Source of the DNA: a virus
Lineage: Duplodnaviria > Caudoviricetes
Direction: 5' to 3' (one strand)
Length of the DNA stretch: 64,000 nt
Virus record (IMG/VR): IMGVR_UViG_3300030376_004602
Span: 19,268-83,267 of that record
Shown: positions 10,501-19,500 of the stretch, one piece after another
Layout of the letters: each line of letters starts with the position of its first letter
How positions within the stretch are numbered: position 1 is the first letter of the stretch
The notes under the pieces: model-generated
What the model saw: only the letters and a program-made list of their open reading frames with translations
The model's database searches: none
What the model was told of the DNA's origin: nothing
Program-made: the position numbers and the translations under genes

Positions 10501-13500
10501 GGCAAAATTAAGTTTGAGGTAAACCTTACAGACCATAATAATACTGATAACTCTAAGCAGATCATAAATGAAATGCAGGAAGGCTTCCTAAATAAGCTGT
10601 ATACATATAATCCTGAAACAGAAGAGTACGAGCCAGATGAGACTGCTTTCGAGAGAGCTATTCAGCTTTTAGAAAGCTACAAGAAGACTCCTCCAACCCA
10701 GAAAAATAGTGATAACTACAAGGACCTTAGAAAGCAACTACAAGAGGTCCTAGGTATATCCATCTCTACTCAAACTTTCCATACTCTTGCTACAAAAGGA
10801 TATAGACTTGGAAGGCGTAAAGTTCTTCTTAATAGAAAAAATAAGAACGTATTTAGTATTGACGGGGCTCCATTTAGAGTGTTATTAGACGCTCTTAAGA
10901 GTTCTAAAGGCAAGCCATTCAACCCTGAGGTAAATGTCTTTACAGATAATGCTATTAAGAATCTAGCACAGATGGAATCTCTATCTCAGACAGCTACTCT
11001 TAGTAATGCTTTCCGTGTAGGCGATAAGACTATCTATACATATACAGAGCATAACTATGCTACCTCTCAGATTCAGACTATTCTAACTGATCCAAAGTAT
11101 AGAGAGCAGCTACAGAACACTGTCTTTGCAGGTGAAAGTCTTTGGCTACACATGATGTCTCCTATGGGAGGACAAGTCCTAGAGATAGACGGAGATGTTG
11201 ATGCTGGTTCTAGTATTGAACTAGGTATTCTAAACTTCCGCCCTGTCAAAGAAAGAAAGGAATCTAACCTAACTACTGATGACCTAGATGGTCAGAATAT
11301 GGACGATAACCTCTTTACAAGGTTGGCTCTATTTACTGCAAATGCTAGTGCTAGTAGAAAGTCTATTGTAAAAAAGGACGAAAACAACAAAAATATTTAC
11401 TCTTTTAAAAGCCGTAAAAGCACTACTGTACCTCTTGCTTACTCTGATAAACATTCAGTACTAACAGTAACAACAGCAATGCCTGTCTTTACTATTGGTA
11501 AGGGGGACGGGGTTACCTCGGATACCATTAATATTTTTTACGAACATGTATTGATGGCAGAGATCTCTCGTATTCAAAATATGTTTGATATCGATGGAAC
11601 TAACGATGCTGCATATGATGCCGGTAAGTCTGCTTTCCACCTAATGCCTGAGATGAATACTACTACGGTAAAAGATAGAGGTGGAGAAACAGACACTGTT
11701 GCAAACTATGCTGCTAGAGGAGCTTTTGATCCAACATCTGTTAATTATGATGAAAAGGTTGTAGGAGCAACAAAGAGAGCACTGGGAGATCAACTTAATG
11801 TTCTTATTAATGAGCAGATAGAAGACTTTGCAAAAGCAGGTATTAACCAAGTAGCAGGAAAGAGTGAGGCTACTTTTGTATCTAGCGAGTACATCAAGAT
11901 GCTAAAAGCCCAGCATAAAAATGCAGGAGTAAAATTAGAAGGAAATAAGATTACTAAAGCTGTAGCTGCTGATTATGTGCTTAATCATATGCTGTCTACT
12001 GCAAACATGTTCCAAATGTTTGTAAAAGATCCAGCACTGTATACTAAAACAGATGGTGAAGGAAATGTAGACGCTGCTTCTACCTTAGAAAATATTCAGA
12101 AAAGACTTGCTGCAGTCATTGCACCAGGTACTGCTACTGCTATAGAAGAAGGTAATGATGCATATGTACAACTCTTTGCTAATGATGTTAAGTATTCTGA
12201 GTTCTTAGGAGAAGGAATTAAGGAGTACTTCAAAGGCATTAAGAATAAAAAGCACAGAGAGTCTTACAAGGGCGCTGAGATTACCGATGGTCAGGAGTTA
12301 ATTACCTACCAGGAGTATCTAGGCACAATGGTTAGCCAAGGTCAGATTACAAAAGCAGAAAGAGCTCAGATAGAAGCTGTCGTAAAAGATCCAAATAAAA
12401 AGATTCCAGAGTGGATGATGGACGTTCTTTTTGGTGCAGAAAAACCAGTTGCTGTAGCTGATAAGTTCGTCACACTTAAAGATGGTCAGAGAATAGAAAA
12501 ACGTGTCTATGTTAAAAGCTCGGGTCTACCTTTAATTCCTAAATTTACTAAAGGTACAGAGCTAGAAAATCTTAGAAAAGCTTTAGAACAAATACAAGAA
12601 AAAAGCGGTCTTCCGGTTAGACTTGCATTTAGTTCAGCAGTAAAAGTAGGATTGCCTGAAACTGCTAAAAACACTAATATCCAATATACAGAAAAGGATA
12701 TAGAATCTCTAAAAGAGGAACTACCTGAAGGACTATCTGCTGAAAGAAGGAATGAAGAAGAAGAAAAACTAGATGCTTTACTAGGTACTATTAAGCCTGT
12801 TAAGGAACTAGTGTCTATGTTTAATGGAGACCTTACAGAAAAAGAACTTAATAGTGATGAGGCTTTCTTAGAAGATGAATCTCTTCGACCTCCTAGGCAG
12901 ATTCTACAACGTAAGTATTGGAGAATCCAGCAAGCTACTCCTAACAAGAATAAAGACATAGCTACTAGAGGTACTCAGGAGTCTAAGATTATTCTGTCTG
13001 AAGTAAAAGAAGCTTTTGGAGAAGAAGCAGGTACTAAGCTTATTGAAGATTGGAACAGCCTACATAGTAAACTATTTGGTCTTCGTATTCACGAACTAGA
13101 AAGAGAGATTCTAAACCCAGACGGGTCTATAGACAGAAAGGCCTTAGCTGAGTTCCTAGACAGAGATGCTAATGAAGGAGGAGTTAGTGTCAATACTAGA
13201 TATGGATTAGAGGTAGATCAAAACGGAAAGTTCGTTATACCTCTGGATCTATCCGCTGGTACATTAGAATATCAAACTCTTATTAATGCTATAGCTAATA
13301 AGAGGATTGCTCAGAAGAAAGTAAAAGGACAGTCTACTGTATTAATGACTGAGTTTGGCTTCTCTATTAGAGAGGGCCAAGATCTATCAGACAGTGGTAT
13401 TGTTTGGACTCAAGGGTTTGATTTTCAACATGGTAAGCTTAAGCCTGCTAGAGTAGAAAACGGAGTTGTTAAGCCTGCTCAGGTTATCGTGCCTAACAAG

Positions 13501-16500
13501 TTCTTTGTAAACGGTAAGAGGGTAAATCTTAAAAAGTACATTATCAAAGGTGAGCAAGGCCAGATGATTCTGGATACTAATCGTATGCCTGCTGAAATAC
13601 TAAAAGGGTTTGGATTCCGTATTCCTACTCAAGGGTATAACTCTATGGCAGGTATTGAGATCGTAGGTTTCTTGCCAGAATCTATGGGAGACGTTGTCGT
13701 AGCCCCAGGTTCATTTGTAAACCAAATGGGATCTGACTTTGATATTGATAAAATGTTTAACTACTTCTATAAGCTAGAAAGAAGTACAATATCTCGAAGA
13801 GCGGTTACGGATGCAACTATTGCAATTAGTGACGAAATAGCGGCAATAGAGTCTGGTAAGTCTAGCCTAGAAGACTTTAAGAAAAGAGGAGATAGTGAAG
13901 AAAATTACCAAGCTTATTTAGAAGATATTAATGATCAGATAAAGTCTTTAGAAGAAGAGCTACAAAATCTGAAAAGTAAGAGTACTACTTTTGTAAAAGT
14001 AACAGCGGATGATTTAAAAGATAAACCTTTTAATGAGCTTACTGAAAAGGAGATTGCTAGACTAGAAGATGCCTTGCTTAATGAAGGTCTCGACATGAGA
14101 CTAAAGATTATGGGCAAGAATGAAATCTACCAGACTATGTCTGCGCCTCTTGACTTTGGTCTATTAAAGTATAAAGACGAAGAAGGAAACGATACAGGTC
14201 TTAAGTTCTACTTTAAGGATAAGAGGATGTCTACTAGAGCATCTAGCCGTAACCCTCTTGCACCTGGATATCATACACAGAAGTATCAAGATGCTAGGGG
14301 AGCAGGAGCAGGAGTTGGTGTATTTGCTAGAGGTATTACCTTCCAGTCAATGGCTCAATCAGGTGTAGATGTAATTCCAGGAGCTGACTTTAAGCTTGGT
14401 AGATTTAAGTCAAATAACATTACTGACTCAAAAACTGTTACTAATAATAAACGCTCTAAGATAGAAGTCCTTACAGCATTCTTATCTGCCTCTCTTGATA
14501 ATGAAAAAGAGCAGATCATGAACTACCTAAATATTAATGATGATACTTTTAGTACAGCTACAGCTATGATTCACTCTGGCTTTGAGGAGGATCTTGTTTT
14601 GGCATTCTTGGAAAGTCCTGTTTTAAGACTACTAGCAGAAAATAAAAGATCAAGAACTAAAAAAACTCAGATAGCCTCATTTTCAATATTTAATAGGCTG
14701 GTATTAGACTTAGTGCCAAAAGATTATAAAAACCTGACCGAAAAAGAAAAGGAAGAAGAAAGAGAAAAAATAATAGACGAGGCACGTAAAGAGCTAGCAG
14801 GCTCTTCTTTTGAAACTAAAGAAGAAACTTTTAACAGGTTAATCCAAAACTCTGATGTTACTTTAAAATATACTCCTCCTAAGATAGGAGTAAGTAGTGC
14901 TAAAATACAGTTCTTAAATGAGGAAGGGAAGCCTTTAGAAAAAGATGAATTAAAAAGAGCAAAACTTTTAGCTATTGGGTCGCTAGATTTAACAGGACAA
15001 TTCAAAGATATATCAACGGATATACTTGCAGCACAAAGACTACTAAATGTAGATTCAGGAGGACTTGGTAAAAATGCTTATGAAGCGTATTCAAAACTAG
15101 AAGACTATATAGGCTTAGCAGATTTACAATTTGGAATATCGTTTCCTCACCCTATTTTTAAAGCTCTTATAGGAGAGCACAGGACTCTGGTTTATCCTGC
15201 AAAGATGGAAGGACAAGAAGAAGTAAATGCTGAAGAACTTGCAGAATATTTAACAAACGAAACTGAGCTAATAAATCAAGGCTTCATTAGGATAGCAAAA
15301 GCTCCAGGTAATACAGACGTATACTTTTTAAAACCAGTTTCAACTCCAGCTACTATTTTTGCAGAGTCTATGGGGCTTACATCTCGTATATACGAGGATA
15401 CAATGCCTGTATTAGTTGACTATGTTTTAAATAATGTAGACCTATCCTATCCAGCAATTCCTAAAAGTCTTCGAAATCAGTTTCGTGCAGACAAAAAGGC
15501 TAAGATTGTACATGATACTCTTAGATCCATTCTATTCTCTTCTACCGAAAACTGGATATCTGGTCAGTTTGAAGAGGCTACGGGACTAAGTACTCAGCCA
15601 ACACAGCAAACTAGTGATACAATAAATATATATGCAGGAACAAATGAGAATGCTGAGTTAAGTAATTTTGCTAACAGACCTGTAATGGATCCGTTAGGGG
15701 CTGAGTTCAAAAATGTAGAAGCAGCATTTCAATATGCTAAAACAAATTTTGCAGACGGAGACAATGAGTCTATCAAAATGAAACTCCAAAATGCTACTGG
15801 TGCACAAGCTAAGGCATTAGGTAGAAAGATTAAAGGTTTAGATGTAAAAGCTTGGGATGAAAACTCTGCAGCTATAATGAAGGGCCTCATAAAGGACTCT
15901 TTTGAGCAAAATCCTAAAGCTCTTGAAAAGCTATTAGCTACAGGTAATGCTACATTAACTCATACACAAGATAAGACTAAGTACCGCGAATTGTTTCCTA
16001 AACTATTAATGGAAGTAAGACAGGAGTTAGGCGGTTCTCAATCAACAGCCTCAAGCCTGGTGCAGATTCGTAGAGCACTTATGTATGGAGATAACACTCT
16101 AGCACTGCGGGTTAAGGAAGCTATTAAAGATCGTAGACTTTCTAAGAACCCATTCCTAAAGTCTCTAGTTCTATCTACTAAAGCAGGCGAACGTCATAAG
16201 GTGACCTTTGCAAACTTTACTCCTGATGGTATGATGGATGAGGACAAAGCAGATGCATTTGCTCAACTCTTTCTTATGCCTGACCAGAGTCCAATAGAGG
16301 GATTAAAACTAACTCCCGCACAGCTAGGAGCTCTTCTTGTAACTTACTCTATGGTAACAGGAGGTAACCAAAAGGCTCTGGAGTTTGTTAGGTTTGTTCC
16401 TAACTCTTATCTAGTAGGAACAGGTTTCTATAAAGCTATCAATGATAAGCTTACTGAAACTTTATCAACTCGTTCTGGAAAAACAAATCTTAGTATGTCT

Positions 16501-19500
16501 ATTATGTCGCAGCTTGTTCAACACAATCCTACGTTAACTTATAGAAAGAAAAGAACTCAAACAATTAAGAAAATAGAAGGGTCAGATAACTTTACTATTT
16601 CTGGTTTAAAAGTAGAAGGATCAAAAAGTTTAGGCACCTTAAGAGCTGTTGATAAAAGCCAAAGGGTACCAGAAACCGTTCCCTTTTTACATACTATTTC
16701 TAAAAAAGGAAACATTTCCTTGTATTACTTTGATGAAGATCTTAACACTCCTGGTAATAAAGCTATATATACTAAAATTGATGTTTTAGGAGATGGAGGA
16801 GACTTAAACGAGTTTTCTGCAGGTCTAATTAATGCCCAGTCACAAAATGCATTTGGTATTTCTGTTGTACCGTCTAATAAAAAGGCATACGTAGAGGAGT
16901 CTCTTCAGCAAGAGGAAACTTCTGAGCCAGATGCTAAAGGAAAAATAGACTTAGAATCTCTTATACAGAAAGTAGTAAATAAAACAGTAGAAAAAGTAAT
17001 CAAAGTAAATACAGAGCCTGGAGTTAAGGTATCAAGAAAACTAGAGTTAAATTCAAATGGAGAAAGTGATCCTATAAAAACTATAGAAGCAGTCGCTACA
17101 GGCTCTGACAGTCCTATGTTTAGACAACTTGCTGCGGCATTCTTAACTAGAAAAGACGATCTTAAAAATATAACGTTTAAAACCAAAGCTCTTAAAGATG
17201 GTAAAGATGCTGGAGGATCTTATACTTATGATAGCAAAACTATAGAGCTAAGCTACTCTAACGACAAGTTATATAATGAATATGCTATCCTTCATGAGTT
17301 TGGACATGCTTTGACTAAAGATGCTATAGTAGCATTTGAAAAGGGGGGTACCTACCCTAATGCTAAGGTTAAGCAGGCAATGAAAAATATTGCCGAAGTT
17401 CAGAATCTATATGTTCAATACCTAGAAGCACTAAATCCTGTAGAGCTTGAGGCTTTCAAGAAAAAGTATGATGAGTATAGGAGAAGAAAGGGACTAAGCG
17501 GTAAAGATAGAGCTAAACTACCTCCTCTAGACTTTAGTAATAAAAAAGAACTAGGTAAGTACTACGGAGGTCTTAAGCTATCGGAGTTTGTTACTATGGT
17601 ACTATCTGATGAGGTATTGCAAGCAGAGCTTGATAAAGTAATGCCTACGTTAGAAGGAGCAGCTGCTGCATCTGAAAAGAGTTTGTTTAGAGAACTACTA
17701 GATGCTATTAAAGAAATTCTTGAAGGTCTTACAGGAGTTAGCCTGTCTAAGTATACTGTCGAGCAAGCAATGACTATTGTCACTCAAGGTATGGATACAA
17801 AAGTTCAAGGTAATCCTGGGTCTACTGCATCTACAGATACTACTAATGATAGTGCTAAAGAATTTGCTAAAAAGTTTGCGCCTAAGATAAATCTTAAAAT
17901 AAAGGGAGATAAGAATAAAGATTTATTACCAGGAAGTGAAGCCTCTAATGTGTTTGACTCTAATCCTAAACTAGCCAATCAAGTATATGGAGCTTTAGGA
18001 CTTACTGTTGTGAACGAGTCTTCTACTAACATAGCTTCTACAATTTATGAGTTGATCCCAGATATTACAGAAAGCAAAATTGATGAAATATATAATAACT
18101 ATGTTTCACTAATAGGAAAAGCCAGAAAGGATAAAGAAATATCTAAAGATGCTTTCAAAAAATTATTGAGAAAGTACCAAGTCTTTAACTACAAGGATAC
18201 CTACATATTTGGGCAGTATGATATGGACAATGGGCTATTTGTAACTAGAATAAACTCATCTCCTACTTCTAAAGAGCTACTAGCTGAAGCTTTACCTACA
18301 TTAGTAAAGCAAGGGATTGATTTTGCATCGTTTGTGCCTAAGGATGTAGCTCAGAAATATAAGAGAAGTGGGTACTCTCTAAGTAAAGAAGGTTTTGCCT
18401 ATAACTTTAAGGGGGAAGATATGGTTAAATACCTAGCTGTTTCTAATCCAAACATATCTCTAAAAGTCTTTGGTAAAACTTTAGAAGAAATCTCTGCTAA
18501 AGAAATAAAAGACTTTAGCAAGGATCAGACACTAAGCTATAAACCAGTGGAGATAAAAGGAGAGCTAATAGAAAAGGCAGGTAATGATTTATCTAAGATA
18601 CTAGAAACATACCTTAATCAATTTGGTATAGTAGTAAAGGATGTAAGTACTATAAAAAATGCTCTAAATATTGATGAATTAGGATTTGCTGATATCTTGT
18701 CTAAAGTTGCTTATGTAGAAAACAACAAGGATCTTCCTCCTATTGCAGGAGAGTTTATTGCCTACATGATGCAGTATAACCCTCTAGTATCTGAGATAAT
18801 AAAAGAGCTATCACAAACAGAAAACTATAAAAAATTAGACAAGTCAGAGTATTTTAAAATTGTAGGAGGATTAATCTCTGATGATCTACAAAATAAACTA
18901 GATGAAAATTATTCTCAGTCTTTACTACAAAAGTTAAAGCAGTTAATACAAGAGTTTTTCAGCCTACTAAGAGGTACTCGTATAGATTTAATAAACAAGA
19001 ATGTAGGTATCATTTCTAACAATATTCTACAACAAAATAAAAAGCTAATTACAGCTTCTTTGTATAAGCCTGGAGCTTATGGAAAGCCTACTAAACAAGT
19101 TAGTTTAAAAGAGGCAATGGCTTCTGATAAATTTGGTTCTTCTATCATCAACAAGTTAGCTAAGGAAGGCTTTATATTAACAGGTTCTACCTCTCTAGGA
19201 GAACAAGGTACTATACAAAGACCAGATGAAAATCTACTGCATGATATTGACTGGGTAAGTCCTTTTAATAGAGAAAAGACTGCTGAAAAGTTTTTAAAAC
19301 AGTATCCAGATGCTATAAAAATTAGAGACATACAAGGAGATAGTTTTGTTACAGATACTTGGATTATATCCCCTGAAGGATATAGTATAAAAAATCTAAA
19401 CAAACAATCTGATTACAATATAATTACTTCTTACGATGTTGTTGATAACAAAGGAAATATTGCAGGTACATACAGACTAGAAAAAAAGGCTAAACAAAAA

